Numbered from the stretch's first letter, positions 1 to 10,637 are shown. The stretch is DNA of 64,000 bases from Oscillospiraceae bacterium (GCA_021201135.1 JAJQGT010000009.1:48715-112714); one strand, 5' to 3'. Numbers and translations are program-made. Notes: a model not told the origin generated them from the letters alone.

Positions 1-786
1 CAGAAACTTAGGATTGCCCGTAACGAGCACTCGATTGCTATCAATTCCCATATCAATCGCATAACTTTTTGTTAAGCCATTCCAAGCAAGAAAGTAATCA
101 GATACAACTCCTCTTAATTCCACTCCATCCTCTTCTGCGTTCGTTGCACTGTTAAGGGGAGAGCAAAACATTCCATGCTGAAGTGTTGCCGTATCGCAAC
201 AAGATATATCAGCAACCTGTGCAATAAAGTTCTGCCTTGCTTCTGCATCGCAAAAGAGTACAACCAATTCATATTTCTCCAGTGGAATATTCTGCAGGAT
301 GCGAATAGTATCCATGATATTTATCCAGTCAGGTAATGAATACATTACTTCAACTGAAGTTAGCCCATGTCTTTTTGCTAATCTAAAAAAGGCAGGAATT
401 GTTTTTATCAACCTAAAACATTTGCCAAAACTGATTCTTTTTCGAATCCTTTCAACAACGCTCTCATCCTTATTAACGTCGACAAATGACAACACACTTC
501 TAGGAGAGCAAAGTTCGCAAATTGACTCAAAAGACTGTTTGTAGTCGAGTCTAGGACCACGCATACTAATTGGCATCAAATTCACAAACAATACCGTCGA
601 TTTGTCCTGTTCTGCATAACTGACCTCATATTCAAGCAAAAGATCTCGCAGCGTCCAAAGCAAAAAATGCTTCAATGTTTCAAAAACACCTGTAGTAAAA
701 TGTGCCAGTTCTATTGGAACCGTGAACAGCTTTCGAAACCGCTCGTTATCTTCAAAAATATTGCTGTATTCACTTATCATCTTCAT
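1..786 (-). CDS. Polysaccharide-biosynthesis enzyme, N-terminal 262 aa only (ORF runs off the window start). Possibly TagB/TagF-like glycerophosphotransferase or a related GT-B enzyme.
   Basis: Hand translation of the minus strand from ATG at 786 (MKMISEYSNIFEDNERF...) stays open to position 1. It contains LQHGMF and VTGNPKF motifs reminiscent of the TagF family. It abuts the GT4 gene. It is absent from the ORF track because it has no stop in the window. Confidence 0.45.
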   Translation of the reverse strand, partial: MKMISEYSNIFEDNERFRKLFTVPIELAHFTTGVFETLKHFLLWTLRDLLLEYEVSYAEQDKSTVLFVNLMPISMRGPRLDYKQSFESICELCSPRSVLSFVDVNKDESVVERIRKRISFGKCFRLIKTIPAFFRLAKRHGLTSVEVMYSLPDWINIMDTIRILQNIPLEKYELVVLFCDAEARQNFIAQVADISCCDTATLQHGMFCSPLNSATNAEEDGVELRGVVSDYFLAWNGLTKSYAIDMGIDSNRVLVTGNPKFL

Positions 787-788
787 TT

Positions 789-1898
789 TCACTCACACAA
801 CACCTTTTCAAATTGCTTTCCCAGATTACTCCAATCATATTTCTTAAGATGTTCTTTTACTGCATTCCTATAATCATCGGTCTTCTCTGTTTCTAAAGCT
901 GTCTTAATTGAATTTGTTATTTCATCAATAGAGTATGGGTCAACACTCCATCCAAGGTCTCCAACCACCTCTGGTAGTGATGATACATTTGAAACAACCA
1001 CTTTAGCTCCACAAGACAGAGCTTCCAATGGAGGAATCCCGAACCCTTCGTAAAGAGAAACAAAGCAAAAAACATCACAGCATGTGTAAAGAGCTACAAG
1101 CTCCTCGTCCGTTACAAACCCAGGCAAAATTATGTCATTCTTATACTCTGACTCATTTATATACGCCTCAACAACTTCATATCCTGCCCCCGGCATACCT
1201 GCCAATATCAAGCTTCCTTCATAGTCTCCGTTTTTCTTAAGAGCCTCGAATGATTTAATCACAGACATTGCATTTTTTCCGGGGTGATCGATAGTTCCAA
1301 CATACAGTATGTAATTGTGAGACCACTTCCGTTCTTGAAAAATCCGATTACATTCCTTTTCTGAAATTGGCCTAAACTTTTCCTGATCAACACCGTTATA
1401 AATTACTGTAATTTTTTCATCCTTCACCTCAAGAAATTTCATTAAATCTCTTTTCGAATTATTAGATACCGTTATAATTTTATCAGCCCGTTTAGCTGTC
1501 ATTGGATTAGCAATCTTTGTACGATAAAACATTTTAAGTCTTGAGAACTTATTCGGAATGTTATATTCAATCAAATCGTGCATAATTACATACGTCGGTT
1601 TGAACTTTAGCAACAGCAATGTAAAATTGGGAATCAGAGCACGGTCAGCTTTTTCCTTCAGTACAACGAAGGGGAACACGAACGTTGTCCATAGCAAATT
1701 ACCCATCGAACTGTTTTTGCTAACTTTATATGTTTTCACAGTCACGTTTTGGTTGGTAAAGGTAAAATCTTCTGCCATATCCTCATTGACATAAATAACA
1801 AAACTGTTGCCACCAGTAGCATTATTCAATAGCGAAATTAAATTTCTGCCTATACCAGTAATCTTTTTTCCAACGTATCCGCTGATAACAATTTTCAT
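789..1898 (-). CDS. Glycosyltransferase family 4 (GT-B, retaining)
   Basis: 369-aa ORF with the C-terminal YEGFGIPPLEA motif typical of GT4/GT1 enzymes. Located in the EPS operon. Confidence 0.85.
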   Translation of the reverse strand: MKIVISGYVGKKITGIGRNLISLLNNATGGNSFVIYVNEDMAEDFTFTNQNVTVKTYKVSKNSSMGNLLWTTFVFPFVVLKEKADRALIPNFTLLLLKFKPTYVIMHDLIEYNIPNKFSRLKMFYRTKIANPMTAKRADKIITVSNNSKRDLMKFLEVKDEKITVIYNGVDQEKFRPISEKECNRIFQERKWSHNYILYVGTIDHPGKNAMSVIKSFEALKKNGDYEGSLILAGMPGAGYEVVEAYINESEYKNDIILPGFVTDEELVALYTCCDVFCFVSLYEGFGIPPLEALSCGAKVVVSNVSSLPEVVGDLGWSVDPYSIDEITNSIKTALETEKTDDYRNAVKEHLKKYDWSNLGKQFEKVLCE

Positions 1899-2009
1899 GC
1901 TATTATCCTTTCATCTGCTCTGTAATATCCGCTGCTACAATCTCTTTAGTAATCTTGCTGTTAAAGTGCTTAGTAATACAATCACAATAATTGCACCAGA
2001 ACATAATTC

Positions 2010-3092
2010 TCATGTCTGGAGTGTAAATGATTCTTCATATCTTTTCTTAACAATTCCTTCCACACACTGATATGCCTTAGCAAATACAAGAGCGCCGCCT
2101 GTTGTCCCGATACATACGAGTATGTAAGAAACCAATGTCTCACCCGCGATAGTTGCCAAGCCTAATTTATCAATTACTCTGAAAACCATCATATGTGCAA
2201 GATATATTTCAAAGCTTACGCCACTTACAAACTTGCTGACTGGATTACTCAAAAGTTTTGTATCCGGACACAAGGCTCCTATTATCATCATTCCATACCC
2301 AATTATGTTCTTTATCAGTCCAACTATCGTCTCTGTTGTTCCTTCACCCGAAAACGGGATCATATATACAACGGCGAATCCGACAAGTACAAACACAACG
2401 CCAAGCCAAGTCTTTCTCTCGAAGAATCTAACTATCGAATCTTTATACAAATACATCAAACCGCCAAGGACGAAATAGCACATCCATCTGAACATTAAAC
2501 TGCTACCGGAATCGAAATACTCACAACACAAAACGTAAATGACGCAGGTGATTGCAAAGCTGAACCATGCCCTTTTCTTGTTCCAAATCAGATATACAAA
2601 GAACGGGAAAAGAATATAGAATCCAAATATAATGCCGAGAGTCCATCCAACTCCTATCACACTCATGCCAGATGTTGTATAAAACCCAAACATCAAAGTT
2701 AGATTTGCAAATGCTTCTGCAATACTTCCGGCTGATATACCGCCGTCAAATACTAAACTTACAACCAAATCAATCAGAACAAGCAATGCAAAAAACGGAA
2801 GTATTCTCTCGTATCTTCTGCTGTAAAACTTATTCAAACTAATCTCATTATTCTTGATTCTTTCGTAATAGCCACAGCACATCGAAAAGCCGCTCAAGAT
2901 AAAGAACAGCTGAACAAATCCTCCCATCTGTGCTATCAGGGTATTAACTACATAGTCTGCAGTACCCCCCCACACAGCAACATCAAAACCAATATTTGCT
3001 CTGACGTGCATACAGATGACACCGATTGCTGCTATTGTGCGAAGAGCATCTAAGTTGTTGTATCGCTGTAGTCTTGTAATTTGAGTATCCAT
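2010..3092 (-). CDS. Membrane O-acyltransferase (acyltransferase-3 family, OafA/WecH-like)
   Basis: 360-aa polytopic membrane ORF with N-terminal NNLDALRTIAAIGVICMH motif. Located in the EPS locus. Carries an in-frame G7 tract at 2965-2971. Confidence 0.85.
   Translation of the reverse strand: MDTQITRLQRYNNLDALRTIAAIGVICMHVRANIGFDVAVWGGTADYVVNTLIAQMGGFVQLFFILSGFSMCCGYYERIKNNEISLNKFYSRRYERILPFFALLVLIDLVVSLVFDGGISAGSIAEAFANLTLMFGFYTTSGMSVIGVGWTLGIIFGFYILFPFFVYLIWNKKRAWFSFAITCVIYVLCCEYFDSGSSLMFRWMCYFVLGGLMYLYKDSIVRFFERKTWLGVVFVLVGFAVVYMIPFSGEGTTETIVGLIKNIIGYGMMIIGALCPDTKLLSNPVSKFVSGVSFEIYLAHMMVFRVIDKLGLATIAGETLVSYILVCIGTTGGALVFAKAYQCVEGIVKKRYEESFTLQT
2965..2971 (-). repeat. G7 homopolymer (C7 on plus strand) inside the acyltransferase CDS, in frame
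   Basis: Plus strand reads gcagtaCCCCCCCacac. Sense strand reads GTG TGG GGG GGT ACT GCA (VWGGTA). Confidence 0.95.
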
Positions 3093-3235
3093 TTTCTAAC
3101 TCCCACAAACTTTGAATTCTTTTCCCGTATAATTCCTTCAATGCTTCAAAAATACTGTATTCCCGCTTACATCCAAGTCCTGACCCGTGATTCCGGTAAT
3201 CAATGCTTTTTTCATAAAGTTTGCTCCTCAGATTT

Positions 3236-4552
3236 TTATTTTTCTATTTCGAATTTCTTCTTATCATCCACGCTGATGCTCTCGCCAATCTGAACCTCGA
3301 TGATGTCAAGATTCGTCTCGGCTTCGACCATATGCTTGCAACCGGTGGGAATCGTGATTACGTCGCCGGTCCGGAGCGTCTGCTCCTTGCCGTCAAGTGT
3401 GGCTTTGCCATTGCCGGAAATTACCGTCCAGACTTCTTCACGATAATCGTGGCTGTGGTAGCTCATGTGCTCGCCTGCCCGGATGGAGACCTTGACGGTC
3501 ATCGAACCGTGCTGAACATCCATGACCGTGTATGTTCCCCACGACTTCTCGGCAAACATTACGTCCGTACTGATTTTCTCGACAAACGGCTTCATATAGC
3601 CGCTTCGTTCTTTATCCGAAACAAGGATTCCGTCACCGCTTGCGGCGATTACCATGTCCTTGCAACCCATTGCAAGAATCGGAACGTTCAGCTCGTTGAT
3701 AATCTGCGTGTTCTCGCAGGATTCGTCCATGACAGCCTTGCCCTTGATGTTGTCGGACATAACCTCCGCCATCATGTTCCATGTGCCGACATCCTTCCAC
3801 GAGCCGGAATAGCGGACAACCTGGATGGACGGTTCTTTTTCAACAACGGCATAGTCAAAGCTAATTTTTGTCAGCGTTTCGTACTTGTTATATAAATCAC
3901 GGTAGTCGGTGAAGTCCACCATGCTGTGGGCTTTGTCAATCAAATATCCGAGCTTGAAGGCAAACACACCGGCGTTCCATAGGGCGTTTTGCTTCAAATA
4001 AACCTCCGCAGTCGCTCTGTCCGGCTTCTCTTTGAACTCTTTTACGTTGCTGACTTCTCCGTCTAACTCCGGAATGATATATCCATACTTCTCGCTCGGA
4101 TAAGTCGGCTCGATGCCCATAAGTGTGAGATTCGCAGTCCCCTGCTTTACCGTCTCTTCAAGCTTTTCGACGCACTCATAGTAGCTGTTTTCAACATACG
4201 GATCGACCGGACAAACCGCAACAGGCTCGTCCAGCCCGACGCCGAGTTCATCGTGAAGATACGCCGCCGCCAAGAGAATCGCCGGGAATGTATCCCTGCG
4301 GCACGGCTCCACGCAAATGGAAATCTTGTCCCCGAGCTGATTATGTATTGCGCTCGCCTGCGACTTGCTCGTGGCAATCGTTACCTTTGCCGCCGGGTCA
4401 ACCTCTGTTATCTGGCGGTAGACCCTCTGCACCATTGACTCATAGTCGCCGTTATTGTCTTTGAACAGCCTTATAAACTGCTTGCTCCGAACGTCATTCG
4501 ATAGCGGCCATAGGCGCTTGCCGGAACCGCCGGATAGGAGTATGATGGTCAT
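3236..4552 (-). CDS. manC: Mannose-1-phosphate guanylyltransferase with C-terminal cupin domain
   Basis: 438 aa. N-terminal LSGGSGKRLWPLSN nucleotidyltransferase motif and C-terminal cupin (EHMSYHSHDYREEVW). Confidence 0.88.
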   Translation of the reverse strand: MTIILLSGGSGKRLWPLSNDVRSKQFIRLFKDNNGDYESMVQRVYRQITEVDPAAKVTIATSKSQASAIHNQLGDKISICVEPCRRDTFPAILLAAAYLHDELGVGLDEPVAVCPVDPYVENSYYECVEKLEETVKQGTANLTLMGIEPTYPSEKYGYIIPELDGEVSNVKEFKEKPDRATAEVYLKQNALWNAGVFAFKLGYLIDKAHSMVDFTDYRDLYNKYETLTKISFDYAVVEKEPSIQVVRYSGSWKDVGTWNMMAEVMSDNIKGKAVMDESCENTQIINELNVPILAMGCKDMVIAASGDGILVSDKERSGYMKPFVEKISTDVMFAEKSWGTYTVMDVQHGSMTVKVSIRAGEHMSYHSHDYREEVWTVISGNGKATLDGKEQTLRTGDVITIPTGCKHMVEAETNLDIIEVQIGESISVDDKKKFEIEK

Positions 4553-4898
4553 GTACTGTCCCCTGTGTTACTTATTTGTTACTTCGAATGCCAAAGCAAA
4601 TTGAAATTCTTCAAATGCCAAGAATCCCAATTGTTTAGTGCAAGGTGAACTTCTCCACATTTCAAAAGAGCAAAAATAGTTCTGATTAAATATGCCAACG
4701 TAGACGTCTTATCGCCAAACTGCGAAAAATTGTGTTGATTTGCATAATTCCACAGTTTCTCCGATACGTCTAACTTCATGCTACATACCAAAGTTTTGGT
4801 CCAATCCCCGTGTGCTTAGTAAATATCCAAGCATGAAAACGCAGTTTCTACTCCATCACAATGATACATAAGTTTACATGTCGGCAATACTTCTACAT

Positions 4899-5915
4899 CT
4901 AATTTACTGCTTTTTTAATCTTTCTTTTTATATCCCTCGCAAACGGATATAACCACACATGTACCACATGGATTATCGCAAACATAAGCGCTTTCGGCAA
5001 AACCTGAGAAATTTTCGTCATCGCCTTTTTTGCTACAGGTGTTGGATCATCCCACAGTGGCTCATCCCTCCATGCCGTCATTGACCTATAACGTAGAAAC
5101 TCTTTTCTGTATGGATGATTATCTTTTTTAAACCACGGTCTCGTTCCTGAAAGAAAGCATGTCGTGAAATGCACTATCGTTGGGTCATTAACTCCAGAAT
5201 TAAATTCATCTTCAGTGTATGCCCAAACAGGTGCTCTACATGCTGTTAATCCCTTATATCCAAGATCATAGCAAGCTGTTAATGCATTGTATGATATTGG
5301 AAGAAGCTTAACCTTATGAATCGGCTGCAGGACTCCATTTAGTACCCCTTGATCAACATATGTTACGTCTCCGTGATACTTTATAATAAAATCTATAAAC
5401 ATTTTTTCGACGTTGTTTTCTCGCCATGTCGCCAAATCAATTACCATCAACCCGTTGTTGATATAGATTGAATCCATCGGAATACCAATATTCTCTCTGT
5501 ACATTTTCCCTCGGCAATCGTCGGAGCCCATAACCCAGGCACCTTCCATGTCCATATTCCAAAGTCCAACCAACGAGTGGCGTATTATCATATCGCAGTC
5601 GATATAAATAACCTTGTCCATTGTTTCAGGCATGACATGTAATAAAAAGAGTCTAGAATATGTACTGATGTGCCATCTTCCAACTTCGATTTTCTCATTT
5701 ACAATCTTCTCAACATCAAGATTCTCTAAGAAGTATAGTTTTCTATCATATTTATTTACTATGTCGTACAAGCCGCTTTTATGCTTTTCAGTGATTCCCT
5801 TATCAATAATATAGACATTGATGCAGTCAGCATCTTTACTGTTTTCAAGCAACGACACAATAGAAGCCGCAGCCATTTCCGAGTAAGAATCACTGCTCGA
5901 ATAAACAACATTCAT
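4899..5915 (-). CDS. Glycosyltransferase family 8
   Basis: 338 aa. N-terminal GT-A fold (NVVYSSSDSYSE...), DxD motif (IDCDMII), GT8-like C-terminal half. Confidence 0.8.
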   Translation of the reverse strand: MNVVYSSSDSYSEMAAASIVSLLENSKDADCINVYIIDKGITEKHKSGLYDIVNKYDRKLYFLENLDVEKIVNEKIEVGRWHISTYSRLFLLHVMPETMDKVIYIDCDMIIRHSLVGLWNMDMEGAWVMGSDDCRGKMYRENIGIPMDSIYINNGLMVIDLATWRENNVEKMFIDFIIKYHGDVTYVDQGVLNGVLQPIHKVKLLPISYNALTACYDLGYKGLTACRAPVWAYTEDEFNSGVNDPTIVHFTTCFLSGTRPWFKKDNHPYRKEFLRYRSMTAWRDEPLWDDPTPVAKKAMTKISQVLPKALMFAIIHVVHVWLYPFARDIKRKIKKAVN

Positions 5916-5938
5916 ATCTCATTTCTCCATGTTTCTAG

Positions 5939-6517
5939 TTAATTTTTACTTCTTTGCCGCTCTTTGTATTCTTCTAAACTCATCAGCTTTTTATCTTTCT
6001 CACTGATAATCAGATTCTCAACTCCGCCAATCAGTTCAAACGGCCATTCAATACCGATATCTGGATCGTTATACATAATGCCGGAATCACCCTCACCATA
6101 GAACACTTCAGCGCACTTGTAGCTGACCACAGAATCTTCGATAACAAGATACCCATGACCGAAATACGCCGGAACCAAGAGCATTTCCGTATTCTCACCG
6201 GTCAGGTGGAATCCTCTCCACTGCCCGAATGTTGGTGAATCCGGGCGCAAATCAACAATCACATCGTAAACGTGACCACTGATACAGCGCACAAGTTTCG
6301 GTTGTTGTTTCACTAGCTGAAAGTGAGTCGCACGGATAACCCCGCGCTTAGAAACTGTATAGAATGCTTCCCTTAGCTCATGATCAATACCGTTTGCCTT
6401 GAAGGTATCAACATTATAGTCTTTAATCAGACCACCACGCTCATCCGTAGCGTAAAATGGCTTTATATGATAAGCTCCCTTTAAATCAAGCTCTTCAAAC
6501 TCAAATTTCTGTACCAT
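5939..6517 (-). CDS. NDP-4-keto-6-deoxyhexose 3,5-epimerase (RmlC/AscE-like cupin)
   Basis: 192 aa with RmlC-like sequence (GGLIKDYN..., RATHFQ, GHGYLV). Lies next to the CDP-glucose pathway genes. Confidence 0.8.
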   Translation of the reverse strand: MVQKFEFEELDLKGAYHIKPFYATDERGGLIKDYNVDTFKANGIDHELREAFYTVSKRGVIRATHFQLVKQQPKLVRCISGHVYDVIVDLRPDSPTFGQWRGFHLTGENTEMLLVPAYFGHGYLVIEDSVVSYKCAEVFYGEGDSGIMYNDPDIGIEWPFELIGGVENLIISEKDKKLMSLEEYKERQRSKN

Positions 6518-6535
6518 CGTTTCTCCTCCAAGTCA

Positions 6536-7456
6536 TCAAAGGCTCTTTAGCCATTCCATGGTCATTCTTGTTCCCTGTGCGAAAGATACCTCCGGTTCAT
6601 ATCCACAGTCTTCTTTTGTCGCAGTAATATCAAACGTACTAAGTGGCATATTGGTTCCCGTGAATGGTATGTCCCCAAACAACGGGACAGCATCCGGAGC
6701 GCACTCTTTCTGCATTTCAAAAATAAATTCCTTAAGTGGTCTCGCATTACCGCTACCAATCATATACTCACAGAATGACTTACCGTTCTTGGCTATCAGG
6801 TAAAACGCCTTTGCCACATCGGATACATAAACAAAATCATAGTTTTGAGTAGCCGTTGTAAATTGCAAGGGCTCTCCACTTATAACCTTGCGAAGTGTTG
6901 TGTTTACGAAACGAGGAGACAGTTCTCCAACACCATACGCATTAGTAATCATTGCCCAAACAAGTTCAATACCGATATCCACAGCAACTGACTTACACAT
7001 ACAATGAGCGATATGCTTTCCCATGCCGTAAATATATCCCATTCCAGGATGGCTTCCCTGAGCGTGAACAGCGGCTTCTGCTTCATATTCCATTATGCTT
7101 CCAGCACAAACGAACCTTTTGCACCCCAATTCTTTAGCCACTTTCATGCACTCAACAGTATTGAGAGCATTTTGCATCTGAAGATTGTAATCAACTCTTG
7201 CTGAGCCTGCTGAACCAGCCCATGCAAAGTGGATAAATGTATCATAGTAATCATGTTGAATACTCTTCAGCATTGCTCTTGTATCAGAGACATCGCACTG
7301 CATATATTTTAAATTATTATGTGCTTTTAGTCTCTTAGGCTCTGCACCAACATCCAATGCTAGAACATCGCAACCCTCAGCAATAAACTTGTCTACTGTA
7401 TGACTTCCAACAAAGCCATCGGCACCTGTGATAATCACTCGGTTCATCTTATTCAT
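6536..7456 (-). CDS. NAD-dependent epimerase/reductase (extended SDR), probable CDP-4-keto-6-deoxyhexose reductase
   Basis: 306 aa with TGADGFVGSH Rossmann motif and YGMGK (YxxxK). 4-nt overlap with the rfbG stop region. Confidence 0.75.
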   Translation of the reverse strand: MNKMNRVIITGADGFVGSHTVDKFIAEGCDVLALDVGAEPKRLKAHNNLKYMQCDVSDTRAMLKSIQHDYYDTFIHFAWAGSAGSARVDYNLQMQNALNTVECMKVAKELGCKRFVCAGSIMEYEAEAAVHAQGSHPGMGYIYGMGKHIAHCMCKSVAVDIGIELVWAMITNAYGVGELSPRFVNTTLRKVISGEPLQFTTATQNYDFVYVSDVAKAFYLIAKNGKSFCEYMIGSGNARPLKEFIFEMQKECAPDAVPLFGDIPFTGTNMPLSTFDITATKEDCGYEPEVSFAQGTRMTMEWLKSL

Positions 7457-8511
7457 TCCTCTCTTAGGAATCCTTCAATCTGCTCATCCATACATGCTCT
7501 CACATCTCCGCCGGACATCCAGCACTTACTCCACTCCACGACCTTTTCAATCGCCGTGTCGAGGTTCCAATGCGGCTTCCAACCGAATGTAGACTTGAGT
7601 TTCGAGCAATCTAACTTAAGGAAATTAGCCTCATGGGGGCCACCATCATAGCGGTCAATCCACTTCATGCCTTCACCCCATTTGCTGACGAACAAATCAA
7701 CCAGAGCTCCGGTTTGGAAGCAATCAACATCATCGGGACCTACATTGTAATAATCAGCATACTTGCCATCTTCGTATTGCATCGCCGCAATCATCAGGTA
7801 AGCGTATAGCGGTTCAAGAACGTGCTGATACGGTCTTGTTGAATAGGGATTGCGGACGATAATATCTTCATGCTTCTGTGCCGCACGGATGCAGTCGGGA
7901 ATTATTCTATCGTTAGCGAAATCTCCGCCGCCGATAACATTACCGGCTCTTGCCGTGGAAATCGCTACATGACCGTCTCCGAAGAAACTGCGCTTATATG
8001 AGTGTGTCACAAGCTCCGAGCATGACTTTGAGTTGGAATATGGATCATAGCCATCCAACTCTTCATTTTCCCGATAGCCCCAATTCCACTCCTTGTTGAG
8101 ATAAACCTTGTCTGTAGTCACGTTCAGGAACGACTTCACGCAACTGCTGTTGCGAACACATTCAAGAATATTGACAGTTCCCATGACATTGGTTTCGTAT
8201 GTATAAGCGGGGTCTTTGTAACTGTCACGGACTATCGGCTGTGCCGCAAGATGCAGGACAATCTCCGGTTGTGCTTCATCAAAAGCAGATTTGAGCGTAT
8301 TGTAATCCCTTATGTCGCCGATAACAGAGTGAATGTCTGATGCAATGTCAGCAATCTCAAATAGAGAGGGATTTGTCGGAGGATTAAGAGAGTATCCTGT
8401 AACCTCTGCTCCTGCGTTCACAAGCATTTTGCAAAGCCAAGATCCTTTGAAGCCAGTGTGACCGGTTACAAATACTTTTTTGCCTTTATAGAATGACATG
8501 TCGAACATCAA
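7453..8511 (-). CDS. rfbG: CDP-glucose 4,6-dehydratase
   Basis: 352 aa. N-terminus FYKGKKVFVTGHTGFKGSWL is typical of RfbG/DdhB. Adjacent to rfbF. Confidence 0.9.
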   Translation of the reverse strand: MMFDMSFYKGKKVFVTGHTGFKGSWLCKMLVNAGAEVTGYSLNPPTNPSLFEIADIASDIHSVIGDIRDYNTLKSAFDEAQPEIVLHLAAQPIVRDSYKDPAYTYETNVMGTVNILECVRNSSCVKSFLNVTTDKVYLNKEWNWGYRENEELDGYDPYSNSKSCSELVTHSYKRSFFGDGHVAISTARAGNVIGGGDFANDRIIPDCIRAAQKHEDIIVRNPYSTRPYQHVLEPLYAYLMIAAMQYEDGKYADYYNVGPDDVDCFQTGALVDLFVSKWGEGMKWIDRYDGGPHEANFLKLDCSKLKSTFGWKPHWNLDTAIEKVVEWSKCWMSGGDVRACMDEQIEGFLREE

Positions 8512-9294
8512 TCAACCCTCCCAAAGCTTCCATGGAGCGTTGCCACTATTCCACAAAGCTTCAAGCCTCTGCTTTTCACGCAATGTGTCCATACACTGCC
8601 AGAACCCTTTGTGTGTATAAGCCGCTAACTCGCCTTTATTTACCAGCCTGGTGAGCGGTTCCTTTTCAAAAACAGTAGAATCGCCATCAATGTAGTCAAA
8701 AAGTGCAGGTTCAAATACGAAAAAGCCGATATTGATAAGGTCGCCATCAAAATCCGACTTTTCTCTGAACGAGCCAACAAGTCCATCATCCCCGACCTCG
8801 ACAACGCCCTTGTTCTGCCCGAAATTGTAAACCGAAACGGTACCTATCTTTCCAGATGCCTTGTGGTATTCGAGCAACTTCTTTATGTCGACATCACCAA
8901 CAGCATCGCCATATGTAAGCATGAAGGTTTCATGACCCACATAATCCTTTACCCTCTTAACACGTCCGCCTGTCTGAGTATTCAGTCCTGTATCTACAAT
9001 CGTTACTTTCCACGGCTCAACGTGTTTATTATGTACAATCATCTCGTTGTCGCCATTTGTATAGTCAAAGGTAATATCAGAAGTATGAAGAAAGTAATCC
9101 GCAAACCACTCCTTGATAACATGTTGCTTGTAACCGGCGCAGATGATAAACTCATTAACGCCGTAGTATGAATACTCCTTCATGATATGCCACAGGATTG
9201 GCATTTCCCCAATCTCAATTAAAGGCTTAGGCTTGTAAGCTGATTCTTCAGATATTCTTGTGCCGAATCCGCCAGCTAAGATTACAGCTTTCAT
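8512..9294 (-). CDS. rfbF: Glucose-1-phosphate cytidylyltransferase
   Basis: 260 aa. MKAVILAGGFGTRISEES..KPKPLIEIG is typical of RfbF/DdhA. Confidence 0.9.
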   Translation of the reverse strand: MKAVILAGGFGTRISEESAYKPKPLIEIGEMPILWHIMKEYSYYGVNEFIICAGYKQHVIKEWFADYFLHTSDITFDYTNGDNEMIVHNKHVEPWKVTIVDTGLNTQTGGRVKRVKDYVGHETFMLTYGDAVGDVDIKKLLEYHKASGKIGTVSVYNFGQNKGVVEVGDDGLVGSFREKSDFDGDLINIGFFVFEPALFDYIDGDSTVFEKEPLTRLVNKGELAAYTHKGFWQCMDTLREKQRLEALWNSGNAPWKLWEG

Positions 9295-9328
9295 TCAACT
9301 GTCCTCCGTATTTTACTCATTCTATGCT

Positions 9329-10585
9329 TTAATCCCTGCGGAATAAATCCCTTGTATATACTTTCTCAGCCACATCATCCAGGCAACTATCATACCTATT
9401 CGCAATAATCGCCTGTGACTGCTCCTTGAAACTTTCCAAGTCATTAACGACCTTGCTCCCGAAGAACGTACTTCCGTCTTCGAGGGTCGGCTCATAGATA
9501 ATCACTGTTGCACCTTTTGCCTTGATGCGCTTCATAACGCCTTGGATACTGCTCTGGCGGAAATTATCGCTGTTACTCTTCATAGTCAAGCGATAAACGC
9601 CGATGACACAAGACTTCTCTTCGTCAGCGTTATAATCTCCACGATTGTAATAGTCATAATAACCTGCGATATTGAGAACTCTATCGGCGATGAAGTCTTT
9701 TCTCGTGCGATTGGATTCAACGATTGCCTGAATCAAATTTTCGGGAACATCTTCGTAGTTTGCGAGAAGTTGCTTTGTATCCTTCGGCAAGCAATAACCG
9801 CCATAGCCAAAGCTCGGATTGTTATAGTGAGAGCCGATTCTCGGATCGAGGCAAACGCCCTCTATAATCTGCTGAGTATTCAAGCCTTTCATCTCAGCAT
9901 AGGTGTCGAGCTCGTTAAAGTAGCTGACACGGAGAGCGAGGTAGGTATTAGCGAAGAGCTTAACAGCCTCAGCTTCGGTCAGACCCATGATAAGGGTATC
10001 GATGTTTTCCTTGATTGCACCCTCTTGGAGAAGTCCGGCAAATGTGTTTGCCGCCTTCACAAGGCGTTCGTCTTCCAAATCTGTGCCAACGATGATTCGG
10101 GACGGATAAAGATTATCGTAAAGAGCTTTCGATTCACGGAGGAATTCAGGGCTGAAAATAATGTTATCGCAGTGGAATTTCTCTCTTATCGACACAGTAT
10201 ATCCAACAGGAATCGTGGACTTGATTACCATGATGGCATTCGGGTTATTCTCGATAACGAGCTTAATTACGTCTTCGACCGCACTTGTGTCAAAATAGTT
10301 CTTCTTACTATCGTAGTTAGTAGGCGTCGAGATAACGACGAAGTCGGCATCTTTGTATGCAGATGCGCCATCCAAAGTTGCTGTCAAATCGAGGTCTTTC
10401 TCTGCAAAATATTTCTCTATGTACTCATCCTGAATCGGAGATTTCCGCTGATTAATCAGGTCAACTTTCTCAGGTATGATGTCTACGGCTGTGACCTTGT
10501 TGTGCTGTGCCAAAAGGACAGCGAGACTCATTCCTACATAACCCGTTCCGGCAACAGCGATATTAATTTTTGATTGATTGTTCAT
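9329..10585 (-). CDS. ugd: UDP-glucose 6-dehydrogenase
   Basis: 418 aa with N-terminal [11 protein letters not shown] Rossmann motif and GGYCLPKD catalytic-Cys motif. Confidence 0.92.
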   Translation of the reverse strand: MNNQSKINIAVAGTGYVGMSLAVLLAQHNKVTAVDIIPEKVDLINQRKSPIQDEYIEKYFAEKDLDLTATLDGASAYKDADFVVISTPTNYDSKKNYFDTSAVEDVIKLVIENNPNAIMVIKSTIPVGYTVSIREKFHCDNIIFSPEFLRESKALYDNLYPSRIIVGTDLEDERLVKAANTFAGLLQEGAIKENIDTLIMGLTEAEAVKLFANTYLALRVSYFNELDTYAEMKGLNTQQIIEGVCLDPRIGSHYNNPSFGYGGYCLPKDTKQLLANYEDVPENLIQAIVESNRTRKDFIADRVLNIAGYYDYYNRGDYNADEEKSCVIGVYRLTMKSNSDNFRQSSIQGVMKRIKAKGATVIIYEPTLEDGSTFFGSKVVNDLESFKEQSQAIIANRYDSCLDDVAEKVYTRDLFRRD

Positions 10586-10637
10586 AATCGTGCTCCTTAT
10601 AAATTTTGAATTTCATATTATATACCTGCAGTAGAAA

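Noticed and set aside
3221-3895. 224-aa plus-strand ORF opposite manC. The same applies to 24593-25210, 30763-31437, 39278-39745, 50543-51370 and 61099-61638.
   Set aside because: All are embedded antisense in strongly supported genes and lack start-site signals.
4579-4791. 70-aa minus-strand ORF between manC and the GT8 gene
   Set aside because: It has no RBS and no recognisable motif. Upstream frames contain stops. It may be a gene remnant, but I cannot support a call.
9542-10573. 343-aa plus-strand ORF antisense to ugd
   Set aside because: It lies entirely inside a well-supported minus-strand gene, has no RBS and gives a low-complexity translation. It is a typical shadow ORF.
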